Shown piece by piece: positions 51,751 through 61,687 of a DNA stretch of 64,000 bases. Source of the stretch: an uncultured Candidatus Saccharibacteria bacterium (GTDB taxonomy: Bacteria; Patescibacteriota; UBA1384; DTJR01); NCBI GenBank assembly GCA_964487045.1, contig CAZAOT010000003.1, forward strand, positions 136,983 through 200,982, read 5' to 3'. Within the stretch, counting starts at the first letter, position 1. Each line of letters opens with the position of its first letter. The notes beneath the pieces are model-generated. The model worked only from the letters and a program-made list of their open reading frames with translations. It made no database searches and was not told the origin of the DNA. The position numbers and the translations under genes were made by a program.

Positions 51751-52802
51751 TGTTTATTATTACTCTCATCGCATTTCTGATCATACTTGGTCTGTTGATA
51801 TTTGTTCATGAGGCTGGGCATTTTATCGCTGCTAAATTATCAGGTGTAAAAGTTGAAGAATTTGCTTTTGGATTTCCTCCAAGGCTTGTTTGCAAGAAAC
51901 GTGGCGATACGAACTACTGTATCAACCTCTTTCCTGTTGGTGGTTATGTTAAGATGCTTGGGGAGGACGAGGATAGTGAATCACCCCGATCATTTTCTAA
52001 GAAAAAAGCCCGCTTCAGATTAATTATTATTGTTGCGGGTGTAATCATGAACTTCATCCTGGGAGGGATTTTGCTTTCTATTGGTTATGGAATTGGCATG
52101 TCCCCGATCTCAGTTCCCGATAGTCAGTTCTCAGGAGGGAAGACCAACCAAGTCGTAATCGCTGGGGTAAATAAAAATTCTCCAGCAGAACTTGCCGATC
52201 TGAAGCCTGGAGACATTGTTCAGGGATTTGTGGATATAGAAGAATTTGCTTCTTATACAAAAGCAAATTTAAATAATAAAATTACTTTATCGATCGATAG
52301 AGGCGGTAAGCAAATTGAAAAAAATATTAGTGTTTCAAGTGATGCGAGTGCACCGATTGGGGTTGGCTTAGTCAATGTAGCAAAGGTTAAGTTATCATTT
52401 TTTGCCGCGATCTACTTTGGTTTTAAAGACATGGTTTTGACGAGTAAGAATATCGTTGTTGCTTTGTATCTGATCGTAGTGGGTCTGTTTACTACTGGAA
52501 AAGTTGGCGAAGCTGTTTCTGGGCCGGTTGGAATATTCAACATCACTGGCCAGGCGGTAAAGCTTGGTTTTATCTATATTCTGCAATTGGCAGCGCTTTT
52601 GTCCATTAATCTCGGTATAATAAACTTAGTACCTTTTCCTGGTCTAGACGGCTCAAGAGCCTTGATAGTTTTCTTAGAGGGAGTGTTCAGGAAAAAGGTA
52701 ATTAAGAGTGAAGTCGAGTCGTATCTTCATATGATCGGCTTCATCATACTGATCCTTCTGATAGTTCTGATAACATTTAAGGACATAATTGCGTTAATTT
52801 AA
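51750..52802 (+). CDS. rseP: RIP metalloprotease RseP
   Basis: HEAGH, GGYVKM, PDZ, NLVPFPGLDG. Confidence 0.93.
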   Translation: MFIITLIAFLIILGLLIFVHEAGHFIAAKLSGVKVEEFAFGFPPRLVCKKRGDTNYCINLFPVGGYVKMLGEDEDSESPRSFSKKKARFRLIIIVAGVIMNFILGGILLSIGYGIGMSPISVPDSQFSGGKTNQVVIAGVNKNSPAELADLKPGDIVQGFVDIEEFASYTKANLNNKITLSIDRGGKQIEKNISVSSDASAPIGVGLVNVAKVKLSFFAAIYFGFKDMVLTSKNIVVALYLIVVGLFTTGKVGEAVSGPVGIFNITGQAVKLGFIYILQLAALLSINLGIINLVPFPGLDGSRALIVFLEGVFRKKVIKSEVESYLHMIGFIILILLIVLITFKDIIALI

Positions 52803-52818
52803 GGAAAGCGGAGGGGAG

Positions 52819-53622
52819 TTGGGGAAAGCTCTAATAGTTGGTAACTGGAAGATGAATCTTACCTTATCGGACTCGTTGGTATTGACTAAATCGATATATA
52901 AAAATACATCTTTGTATAAAAATATTGAAGTTGCTCTTGCACCTGCGTCGATATTTATATTTCCAATTGCTCAGAATTTGCGCGGTAAAAGAGAAAATTT
53001 TAGCCTAGCCTGTCAAAATGTCATGTATGAAAATAGCGGCGAGTTCACTGGTGAAATTTCTCCCCTGATGGTTAAAAATCTTTGCTCATATGTGATTATC
53101 GGTCATAGCGAGCGGCGAAAATATTTCAATGAAAATGCTTCAGTTATAAATGCGAAACTTAAAGCAACACTTAAAAATAATCTCAAAGCAATTGTTTGTG
53201 TTGGTGAGCAAGAGCGTTATCATCTCGAGGATCATTTTGACTATGAGGTGAAAAGGATGCAAAAGAAAGGCGGCATCCTCGCCGATTTAGAAGAAATTTT
53301 TAGCTCGATTGATAAAAATGATTTTAAAAATATTACGATTGCATATGAGCCGGTTTGGGCGATTGGCACTTCCAATGCTTCTTCCGGAGCTTATAGCGCC
53401 TCCATTTCCTATATCATTAAAAGTCACTTAAAAGAGAGATTTTCAGATTCGGCTGAGACAATTAAAATCCTCTATGGTGGTTCGGTAAATAAGGCCAATG
53501 CGGCAGAATTTCTAATTCAGCCTAATATTGATGGCTTGCTGGTTGGCGGCGCAAGTTTGAAGGCGAGTGAATTTAGTACCATATGCAAGGTTGCAAGCCA
53601 GCTTAAAAAAGATATAACTTAA
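52819..53622 (+). CDS. tpiA: Triosephosphate isomerase
   Basis: GNWKMN, GHSERR, AYEPVWAIG, YGGSV, VGGAS. Confidence 0.96.
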   Translation: MGKALIVGNWKMNLTLSDSLVLTKSIYKNTSLYKNIEVALAPASIFIFPIAQNLRGKRENFSLACQNVMYENSGEFTGEISPLMVKNLCSYVIIGHSERRKYFNENASVINAKLKATLKNNLKAIVCVGEQERYHLEDHFDYEVKRMQKKGGILADLEEIFSSIDKNDFKNITIAYEPVWAIGTSNASSGAYSASISYIIKSHLKERFSDSAETIKILYGGSVNKANAAEFLIQPNIDGLLVGGASLKASEFSTICKVASQLKKDIT

Positions 53623-53625
53623 ATC

Positions 53626-54744
53626 ATGGATAATTTTCGAAGAATACTCAGGGTTCCTCCGCACAAAACGCTTCGTCGAGTAGATTTTCGCGGCAAGAGG
53701 GTTCTCGTTAGGGTGGATCTAAATGTACCAGTTGAAAATGGAGTGATTCAGGATCCTCGTCGGATTGAAGCAGCAATCCCTACAATTAAAAAAATCATCG
53801 AACGGGGTGCTGAGGAAGTTAATATCATTACTCATTTTGGCAGACCTCAAGGATCAGATAAGGAATTCTCAACAGAAAAATTAGCTAACGCCCTCGGGAT
53901 TTTACTTCGTGCCAGAGATAAGGCCCAGAGGCAAACTACAGATCTAAATTCCCCTGCTTTGAAAACTTTTTACCGCATTACCCAAAATATTAATTTATTT
54001 GAAAACCTACGTTTTGATCCAGGTGAAGAAAAAAATTCCAAAGATTTTGCTAAAGAACTTTCCTCGCTCGGTGATGTTTTTGTACAGGATGCTTTCGCCA
54101 ATATTCATCGCGAACATGCTTCGATGATGGCGATTTGCGATGAACTGCCAATTTTTGTTGGACTGCTGGTCGAGCGTGAGATCAACTCACTATTTAAGAT
54201 TTTATATAATCCCGAGCATCCATTCGTAGCAATTATCGGTGGAGCTAAAATAGAAGATAAACTTGGTGTTATCACTTCACTTTCCGCAAAGGCTGATGCG
54301 GTGCTGGTTGGCGGAATGACTGCGAACGAGTGGGTGATGGACAAACATCCTGTTTCAAAAAACATTTATCTCCCAAGTGATGGAGTAAATAAAAACGGAG
54401 CAATTGTTCCGATAAATCCTGAAACTGCACGTGAGGGAGTGTTTGATATCGGCCCTGAGACAATCATGCTTTATAAAAGCATTCTCTCTTCGGCTAAAAC
54501 CATCTTTTGGAATGGTAACCTGGGTATGACTGAAAATAGAAAATTTGTTCATGGTACAAATGAGATTGCGAGATATCTTTGTAAATTAAAGGCGGAGAAG
54601 GTTGCTTCTGGCGGCAATACAGCCGAAGCAATTCACGAGTTAAATTTGGAAACGATGTTTGATTTTATATCAACTGGTGGAGGGGCAACTTCTGATCTTA
54701 TCGCGGGCAGAAAAATGCCGGTGATTGATAAGTTGCTTTCATAA
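53626..54744 (+). CDS. pgk: Phosphoglycerate kinase
   Basis: RVDLNVP, HFGRP, ENLRF, GGAK, DIGP, STGGGA. Confidence 0.95.
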   Translation: MDNFRRILRVPPHKTLRRVDFRGKRVLVRVDLNVPVENGVIQDPRRIEAAIPTIKKIIERGAEEVNIITHFGRPQGSDKEFSTEKLANALGILLRARDKAQRQTTDLNSPALKTFYRITQNINLFENLRFDPGEEKNSKDFAKELSSLGDVFVQDAFANIHREHASMMAICDELPIFVGLLVEREINSLFKILYNPEHPFVAIIGGAKIEDKLGVITSLSAKADAVLVGGMTANEWVMDKHPVSKNIYLPSDGVNKNGAIVPINPETAREGVFDIGPETIMLYKSILSSAKTIFWNGNLGMTENRKFVHGTNEIARYLCKLKAEKVASGGNTAEAIHELNLETMFDFISTGGGATSDLIAGRKMPVIDKLLS

Positions 54745-54745
54745 A

Positions 54746-55576
54746 ATGAGTCTCAAAAACATTTTGCAAGAAGCATACAAGGATCATTTTGCGATTGGTG
54801 GATTTAATTTTTTCAATTACGAGTCGGCGTTAGCTGTGGCTCGGGCTGCTAAAAATCAAAAAAAACCAGCGATAATGATGGTCAGCGAAAAGTCTATTGA
54901 ATATTACGGACTTGATAATCTTATTTTTGCTTTCAACAAGGTCAAGAAAATTACTGAAGCGGAAGTATTTTTGCATTTAGATCATGGGAGCGACTTGGCG
55001 CTGATCCGCGAGGCCATCCGCGAAGGCTTTGACTCGGTAATGTTTGATGGATCTTCGCTTCCACTTGACCAAAATATAGAGCTATCGAAGGAGCTTAGAA
55101 AAGAAGCTCATAAAAAAAGTGTAGTTTTTGAAGCGGAGATAGGCCATATTGGTGGGCAAGAGGATTTTGTAAAAAGTGAAAATTTTAAGACGAATCCAGC
55201 TGAAGCACTGATGTTTTATGAAAAGGTTTTGCCTGACACTCTGGCAGTAGCGATCGGTAATGTTCACGGAGTCAGGACGACAGACGAGCAACTCGACTTT
55301 TCGCTGCTTGCCAAAATTCAAGATACGATCAAATCACCAATCGTTCTGCATGGCTGTTCCAACCGATCAATCAGAGAATATCAAGTTGCTATTTCAGAAG
55401 GGGTGGTAAAAATAAATATTGATACAGAGCTCAGGCAGGCGTTTGTCGAAGGTATAAAACATGCAACCAAAAAAGAGACTGACCCTCGGGAAATTTTAAA
55501 CATTGCGAGCGAATTTATTACCAAAAGAACTGAAGAAAAGATAGAACTATTTTCAAAAGGGTGCTGTTCTAGGTAG
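54746..55576 (+). CDS. fba: Class II fructose-bisphosphate aldolase
   Basis: HLDHG, SVMFDGS, EAEIG, GNVHG, VLHG, KINIDT. Confidence 0.93.
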   Translation: MSLKNILQEAYKDHFAIGGFNFFNYESALAVARAAKNQKKPAIMMVSEKSIEYYGLDNLIFAFNKVKKITEAEVFLHLDHGSDLALIREAIREGFDSVMFDGSSLPLDQNIELSKELRKEAHKKSVVFEAEIGHIGGQEDFVKSENFKTNPAEALMFYEKVLPDTLAVAIGNVHGVRTTDEQLDFSLLAKIQDTIKSPIVLHGCSNRSIREYQVAISEGVVKINIDTELRQAFVEGIKHATKKETDPREILNIASEFITKRTEEKIELFSKGCCSR

Positions 55577-55640
55577 GGGATTAGCTTTTCTACGATTGAA
55601 ATTGGGAGGGGTTTCTGTTATATTCCAAAAGTAAATTAAT

Positions 55641-55763
55641 ATCCCAGTCACTTTTCACCCTCTCGCAATATTCTTAATTTAAGAAATTTGCGAATATGGA
55701 TCAAAGTGACGGGACTTCCGGAATTGCTTCCTGCCTTGGAGCGCAATTCACGGAGCGGGAGCA
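55641..55763 (+). promoter_or_regulatory. Conserved structured RNA leader, copy 3 (upstream of tig)
   Basis: ATCCC-A-GTCACTTT...AAAGTGAC-GGGAC stem, then TTCCGGAATTGC...GGAGCGCAATTCACGGAGCGGGAG. Confidence 0.8.
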
Positions 55764-55765
55764 TT

Positions 55766-56962
55766 ATGCAAACAGAGAAAAAGCAAATTTCAAAAAACAG
55801 AGTCAAAATATCCATTACTGTACCAGCTTCAAAGATCGAAGAATATTTTGAATCACATTACAATAGAATGGCCGAGTCAGTTACTTTACCAGGTTTCAGA
55901 CCAGGAAAAGCTCCGAGAGTAATGACGATTGAAGCTATCGGGCAGGCCAGGCTTGCCAACATGACACTCGAGCAAGCAATTGATGAAGCCTACCGCGATG
56001 CCTTGGCTGAGCACAAGACTTATCCTGTTACTCCACCAGCCGTTTCGATCAGCAAGCACCCAAAGCTTGATGGTAATGGCGAAGAAAATGATCTAGTTTT
56101 TGAAGTCGAATTTGATATTTTGCCAGAGGCTAAAATCGGCGATTATAAAAAAGTTAAGCTTCCAAAATCTGAAACCTCAACTGAAGTAACCGATGAAGAA
56201 GTTGAAAAAGTTGTTGATTATCTCAGACGTCAAGCAGCCGAATTAAAAGATCTTGATCGAGAAGCTAAGTCGGGCGACTGGGCTGACATCTCATTTGAAG
56301 GAAGTATTAAGGGTGTTGTAAAAGAAAAATTGACCAGCCCGTCACTTCCAATGGTCATCGGCGAAACTAAGATGATTCCTGGATTTGAAGAGGAAATTAT
56401 TGGTATGAAGAAGGGCGAAGAAAAAGAATTTGAGCTTAGTTTCCCGAAAGATTTTCCTGATAAGGAATTCGCTGGTGAAAAAGTTAAATTCAAGGTTAGC
56501 CTTAAGGAAATTAAGGAAATCAAACTACCAAAAGTTGACGGCGAATTTCTATCACGCTTTGGCCTAAAGAGCGAAAAAGAATTTAAGGGCAACGTCAAAA
56601 AAGGCCTAGAAGACGAGAAAAAAGAGCAGGTAAGACAGGAGCGAGTGAGCGCTCTTAGCGAGCAACTGATCAAGATGATAAAAGTTGAAATTCCAAAGAG
56701 CTTGATCGAAAACGAATCAGCTAGAATGAAGAATATGCTTATTTCAGATCTCTCAAACAAGCAGATGACGCTAGATCAGTATATTGAGAGTTTAAAAATC
56801 ACTCAAAAGAAATTCGATGAAGATTTGATCGAACAAGCTAAGCGAAATATTATGCTTGGTGTTGCGGTTGGAGAGATTGCCAAGAAAGAAAACATCGAGA
56901 TCAACTCTCAGGAAGGTACTCGAAGAGTATTCGATTATCTTATCGAACTAGCTACTAAGTAA
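55766..56962 (+). CDS. tig: Trigger factor
   Basis: GFRPGKAP ribosome-binding motif, FKBP domain MIPGFEE. Confidence 0.95.
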   Translation: MQTEKKQISKNRVKISITVPASKIEEYFESHYNRMAESVTLPGFRPGKAPRVMTIEAIGQARLANMTLEQAIDEAYRDALAEHKTYPVTPPAVSISKHPKLDGNGEENDLVFEVEFDILPEAKIGDYKKVKLPKSETSTEVTDEEVEKVVDYLRRQAAELKDLDREAKSGDWADISFEGSIKGVVKEKLTSPSLPMVIGETKMIPGFEEEIIGMKKGEEKEFELSFPKDFPDKEFAGEKVKFKVSLKEIKEIKLPKVDGEFLSRFGLKSEKEFKGNVKKGLEDEKKEQVRQERVSALSEQLIKMIKVEIPKSLIENESARMKNMLISDLSNKQMTLDQYIESLKITQKKFDEDLIEQAKRNIMLGVAVGEIAKKENIEINSQEGTRRVFDYLIELATK

Positions 56963-57829
56963 TTAGAACTTAATCTTAAAATTTCCTAAGCCGGTCTCGA
57001 AAATACGAACCGATCTTCCCGAGTATTTTTCAGGAGAGAATTTATAGATTCCTGGACTCATCAAAATTATAATCGTGCCAGTTTTTGATGTCGTGATTTT
57101 TTTGAGTGGTTCTCGATTGCGTCCAAAAACTTCAATTATCTCGTTTTTGAGAAGACGATTCTTAAAGCTGCGAGTTTCGATAAATCTTGTCAGGCGATAA
57201 TATCTCCAGAGTAAATATCCACTTGCGCTAGTAAGTAGCAAAACAACTAGCTGAATTGCCAATTCTAATTCAAGAAAATTAAGAAAATACACCGACAAGC
57301 TAGATATAAATAATATTAAAGTGAGAGTAAGTATCACGTAGGCTAAATTACCCAATCCTCTTGCCTCTATCACATCTTCGCTCGCCTTAAGCTGTAGATC
57401 AAAATCTAATTTTTCTTTGCCGACTTCGAACTCATCAGTAGAAGCTGAAATATATCCGAATCTGCTAAGTGTGATTGAGTATTTGCCTTGAGTGAGTTTT
57501 ACTCCAAACCGACTGGTCCAGGGATAAACAATTTTGTTTATCTTTTCGCCCTGGTAAATAGTGCATTTAGTGAATCCGAGTGGTCTTCCGAGCTGATCTT
57601 CGATATTGAAAAGAATATTTTTTTTCTTAAAATCTAATTTGGGTTTTAGAAAATTTAACCTAAGGTCAGGGGATTTTTTGTAAATAAAATAAAAAAACAA
57701 ATTTATTAGTCCGACGAGCAGGGCATAACTAAGCAAAAAAATTAACAAAATTTTAACATTTTGCATCTGGTCAGCGCTTGATTGTAGGGTTTTGAGCTGA
57801 TCTGATGGTGCAACTAATAAAGAATACAT
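56963..57829 (-). CDS. Hypothetical membrane protein with beta-sandwich domains
   Basis: Three TMs; GKYSITLSRFGY carboxypeptidase-regulatory-like motif. Confidence 0.6.
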   Translation of the reverse strand: MYSLLVAPSDQLKTLQSSADQMQNVKILLIFLLSYALLVGLINLFFYFIYKKSPDLRLNFLKPKLDFKKKNILFNIEDQLGRPLGFTKCTIYQGEKINKIVYPWTSRFGVKLTQGKYSITLSRFGYISASTDEFEVGKEKLDFDLQLKASEDVIEARGLGNLAYVILTLTLILFISSLSVYFLNFLELELAIQLVVLLLTSASGYLLWRYYRLTRFIETRSFKNRLLKNEIIEVFGRNREPLKKITTSKTGTIIILMSPGIYKFSPEKYSGRSVRIFETGLGNFKIKF

Positions 57830-57995
57830 AAGCTCATTATAGCTTATTATCACGTTGGTTCTAAGATTTGATAAAATTATAATCAACCTATCGTTAGCAG
57901 CTAGATGGGTACTCTATCGTTCATGGCTGTTTTGGGCAGTCTTAGCAGACTGCCTGTTCTGTGTCTTGATTAATTTTTATAAATATGCTAATATT

Positions 57996-58114
57996 GGGCC
58001 AGCAGGTTATCTTGGCACCCCGCCACGGATGACTGCATTCGGAACCCTCCCTTAGACGCATAGGGCGTCGCACATGCCCGGGGCGGTGCCAGACTGGCCG
58101 CCCTTCTTTTTTTT
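57996..58114 (+). ncRNA. Small structured RNA/attenuator candidate upstream of clpP
   Basis: TTGATT-17-TAATAT promoter, GC-rich stems, GGGCGG...CCGCCC-TTCTTTTTTTT terminator. Confidence 0.5.
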
Positions 58115-58179
58115 GTGTCAAGTAGACTTGACTATGGGGTGGGTTTAGTGGTTAAATCGAAACACTAACAAAGGAGCAT

Positions 58180-58755
58180 ATGAGTTATTTAGTTCCAACC
58201 GTCATTGAGAAGTCTCAGTTCGGTGAGCGTGCCTATGATATTTATTCGCGACTTCTTAAGGAAAGAATAATTTTCTTGGGTGGCCCGATAGATGATGTAG
58301 TTGCCAATCTTATAATTGCTCAACTGCTTTTTTTGCAAAGTGAATCTGACAAAGAAGATATAAAATTTTACATCAACTCCCCTGGTGGTTCGGTGACTGC
58401 AACACTTGCAATTTACGACACTATGAAGCACGTCAAGTGCGATGTCTCGACTGTCTGTATTGGTCAAGCGGCTTCGGGTGGAGCGGTGCTTCTCGCTGGT
58501 GGGGAAAAAGGCAAAAGATTTGCCCTTAAAAATTCTCGAGTGATGATTCACCAGCCCCTTGGTGGAGTAGAGGGCCAGGCGACTGATATATTGATTCACG
58601 CTGAAGAAATTATAAAAATTAAAGATCGCTTAAATGAAATCCTATCTGAGGAAACCGGTAAGACGAAGAAGATAGTCGAAGCTGATACGGAGCGCGATCG
58701 CTTCATGACTTCCGACGAAGCTAAAAAATATGGACTAATTGACAAGGTAATATAA
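58180..58755 (+). CDS. clpP: ATP-dependent Clp protease proteolytic subunit
   Basis: [27 protein letters not shown]. Confidence 0.97.
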   Translation: MSYLVPTVIEKSQFGERAYDIYSRLLKERIIFLGGPIDDVVANLIIAQLLFLQSESDKEDIKFYINSPGGSVTATLAIYDTMKHVKCDVSTVCIGQAASGGAVLLAGGEKGKRFALKNSRVMIHQPLGGVEGQATDILIHAEEIIKIKDRLNEILSEETGKTKKIVEADTERDRFMTSDEAKKYGLIDKVI

Positions 58756-59831
58756 TGGCAATTGATCCAAGAACAACCAAACTAGCAAAATTAGTAGTAA
58801 ATTATTTTTTGCGTGTTAAGCACGACACTAATGTTGTGATTTCCGGCTCGACGGAGGCAAGTGATTTTATCCGGGCGCTCTATAAAGAAGTGCTTGAAGC
58901 TGGTGCTCATCCAATTCCAAGAGTTTCGCTTCCTGGGCTAGGGTCAATTTTCTACAAATACGCCAAAGAGCACCACATCAAAAATTTTCCGAAAATTTTT
59001 GACTATACCGCTAAGAATGTTCAGTACTATATCGGAATTTCTACCGAGTCAAACACTAGAGAGATGACTTCAGTCGATCCAAAAAAACTTTCGCAAAGAG
59101 AAGCAGTAGTAAGGCCGATTACTAATTATATTGTTAATGAACGTGCCAAGATAAGACGCAGCACCGTTGGTTATCCTTGCGTCGCATTGGCGCAAGAGGC
59201 TGAGATGTCACTCGACGAATACGAAGATTTTGTCTTTGATGCAGTGCTTCAGGACTGGGAAAAATTAGGCAAAAAAATGTCGAGCGTACTTAAGGCTTTC
59301 AGGAAAGGCAAACATGTTCATCTGCTAGGGCATAATGTTGATCTTCAGTTTGATATTCATGGTGATAAAGCCAGTGATGATCTTGAGGGAGATAATATTC
59401 CTTGCGGAGAGATTTTTATGGCGCCAGTGAGAGAAAGCCTAGAGGGATTTATAAAATTTGATTATCCAGCGATCGAGGCAGGCAAGGAAGTAACTGATAT
59501 TTTCTTAGAGTTCAAAAAAGGAAAAGTCGTCAAATACGATGCCACTAAGCACAAAGATTTCTTGAAGGAAATGCTAGAAACTGACAAGAATTCTTCATAT
59601 GTCGGCGAGTTTGGGATTGGCATGAATCCAAAAGTTACAAAATTTACCAAAAATTTACTTTTTGACGAGAAGATCGGTGGCACTATTCACCTGGCACTTG
59701 GTATGGCCTACAAAGAAAATGGTGGGGGAAATGATTCGGCGATTCACTGGGATATTGTAAAGGACATGAAAAAAGCTCAAATTATCCTGGATGGAAAAGT
59801 AGTTCAAGACAAAGGTAAGTGGCTGATCTAA
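58755..59831 (+). CDS. M29 (thermophilic metalloprotease) aminopeptidase
   Basis: NIPCGEIF, GEFGIG, LFDEKIGGTIHLALG, SAIHWD. Confidence 0.92.
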   Translation: MAIDPRTTKLAKLVVNYFLRVKHDTNVVISGSTEASDFIRALYKEVLEAGAHPIPRVSLPGLGSIFYKYAKEHHIKNFPKIFDYTAKNVQYYIGISTESNTREMTSVDPKKLSQREAVVRPITNYIVNERAKIRRSTVGYPCVALAQEAEMSLDEYEDFVFDAVLQDWEKLGKKMSSVLKAFRKGKHVHLLGHNVDLQFDIHGDKASDDLEGDNIPCGEIFMAPVRESLEGFIKFDYPAIEAGKEVTDIFLEFKKGKVVKYDATKHKDFLKEMLETDKNSSYVGEFGIGMNPKVTKFTKNLLFDEKIGGTIHLALGMAYKENGGGNDSAIHWDIVKDMKKAQIILDGKVVQDKGKWLI

Positions 59832-59954
59832 TAGCCTAAATTAGCGGTAAGACACTTGATCTATAAGGGGAAAAATGCTACATTTCGCACATAAGCGGGA
59901 GGGTATTTCCGTTTATGTTTTTGTTGAAAACTAGGCAAGGGAGGAGGTAAGCCT

Positions 59955-60410
59955 ATGTTGATTGGGGAGCCAGAGTCTAGTGTCGGGCGATTAGTCGAAT
60001 CAGCGAGGGAAGGCAATAGATTAGCCTTTAATCAGCTGATGTCGAACTTTCATGACTGTCTCTACAACTATATTGCAAGGATGGTTCATGACCCGATCGA
60101 AGCTGAAGACATTACGCAGGAGGCTTTCATCAAGGCTTACCGCAATCTTCCCGGCTTTAGGGGGGCGTCAACTTTTCAGACCTGGCTTTATCGTATTGCC
60201 AGTAATCTGATAATCGATTCGTTCAGGCGCCGAAAGAAAAGAGAAAACACCTGTTCTCTCGATGCTCCGCTCGACACCGAAGAAGGAAGTATGGCGCGTG
60301 AGCAGGAAGACTCTCATGAACCAGGGCCGCAGCGAAGTCTAGAAGTAGACGAGCTGCGACGGCAGGTGCATAAAGCGATAAGGCAGCTCAGTCAAAGCTT
60401 AGGAGGGTGA
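59955..60410 (+). CDS. ECF sigma factor, N-terminal part (region 2), frameshifted
   Basis: AEDITQEAFIKAY...F.TWLYRIA.N region-2 motif; continues in the -1 frame. Confidence 0.85.
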   Translation: MLIGEPESSVGRLVESAREGNRLAFNQLMSNFHDCLYNYIARMVHDPIEAEDITQEAFIKAYRNLPGFRGASTFQTWLYRIASNLIIDSFRRRKKRENTCSLDAPLDTEEGSMAREQEDSHEPGPQRSLEVDELRRQVHKAIRQLSQSLGG

Positions 60411-61663
60411 TGATACTTTACGAGCTGCAAGGGCTGTCTTACGAGGAGATTGCCGATGTTGTCGGTTGTCCCCTTGGTACGGTTAAGAGTCGTATATTCA
60501 ACGCTCGTGTTTCACTTCGCATTGTTCTTGAAGCAACACAGGCAAGAAGGGAGGAAGATGACTTGGCGCTACGACCAGTTGCAGGAAAGGCCGTTGATCA
60601 CGAGGCGAAGTTTTCAAGCTTTGCCAAGCAAGTCAAGGACCACATTGGTACCCTGGCAGCAGATCGTGGTTATGTCGGCCTAGACATCAATGCTTTGTGG
60701 CAACAAACATGTCGGCATATCGTTGCTGGACTGGATGCTGCTACGAGGCTGACACCTGTGCAAACATTGTCATTGCTCAAACTAGCCGCGACCCACGTCG
60801 TAGATATTGAAGGAGAGAAAGCCAAGCTACTTGGCGACATTTCTTTGGGTCAAGACGAGTCTGTAGTCGTAAGCGGTAGTGGGTCGTTTGACGACCAAGT
60901 TATCCAGCTACCGAACGCCCAGGCTCTGCTAGATGCGTTGCCAGCGGATGTTGGGCCAGCGTATGGGCTTAGGGTTTGGTGCGGTCTTAGTCACAAAAAG
61001 ATCGCCACAACCCTTGGTATTGAGCCTAACACTGTTCGAAGTAAGCTTTCCAAGGCACGCGAACTTTTGATCGAAGCGCTTAGCAAGGAGGCAGATCAAC
61101 TAGGCGCGGCAGTCCATGCTACGCTCGAGGCAGGAGGTGAAGGGTTGAGTAAGGTCAAGGGCGCCGAAGTGGGTAGCGAAGAAGCAGTCGCGTTCATCGC
61201 TGACAAGATCGGGCTGGCTGATCATCAGCTCGAGGTCGCCGAGGTCTGGGACTCGCTCGTGAAGATCGTCCCTGAACCGGCACCGCAACCCGCGGCTGCT
61301 CCGCCTGTCGCAGCCCCGGCCGTTCCCGCTACACCGCCTGCACCTGTCGCTCCGGCGACCATGCCGGTTCTTCCGACTCAGGCTGTTGCGGCTGCGCATC
61401 TGGGTCGGCAGATGACTGAGCTGGAGCTCGCTGTTGGCTTCGTCATCGTGCAGTCTGCGCTGGTGAAGGATGACGATGTGATCTTCCGCTTCCTGCGCAC
61501 ACGCCAGGATGTCCTGGCTGATCTGGTGCAGTTTGCCAACGATCAGTTCGGGGATCAGCCTGCTTCCGAGGCGCAGATCGAAAACCTGATCGCGGAGGTT
61601 GGCAAGTTCGTGCGTCACGTTATACCTGGTCAGCCTGTGGCTGACCAAGCCGAATCCGCCTAG
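60407..61663 (+). CDS. ECF sigma factor C-terminal part: region 4 + long extension with a second region-4-like HTH
   Basis: GLSYEEIA...GTVKSR and later GLSHKKIATTLG...TVRSKLSKAR. Confidence 0.75.
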   Translation: MMILYELQGLSYEEIADVVGCPLGTVKSRIFNARVSLRIVLEATQARREEDDLALRPVAGKAVDHEAKFSSFAKQVKDHIGTLAADRGYVGLDINALWQQTCRHIVAGLDAATRLTPVQTLSLLKLAATHVVDIEGEKAKLLGDISLGQDESVVVSGSGSFDDQVIQLPNAQALLDALPADVGPAYGLRVWCGLSHKKIATTLGIEPNTVRSKLSKARELLIEALSKEADQLGAAVHATLEAGGEGLSKVKGAEVGSEEAVAFIADKIGLADHQLEVAEVWDSLVKIVPEPAPQPAAAPPVAAPAVPATPPAPVAPATMPVLPTQAVAAAHLGRQMTELELAVGFVIVQSALVKDDDVIFRFLRTRQDVLADLVQFANDQFGDQPASEAQIENLIAEVGKFVRHVIPGQPVADQAESA

Positions 61664-61687
61664 CGCTTCGCGCTAGATCGGCTCTAC

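Noticed and set aside
49294-55765. N-terminal extensions of tsf, frr and tig in the ORF track
   Set aside because: They run through the shared RNA motif in inconsistent frames; true ATGs with SD sequences are at 49354, 51193 and 55766.
60408-60410. TGA recoding (Sec or genetic code 25) in the sigma gene
   Set aside because: The continuation is in a different frame, and TGA serves as a normal stop elsewhere (ATGA/GTGA overlaps).
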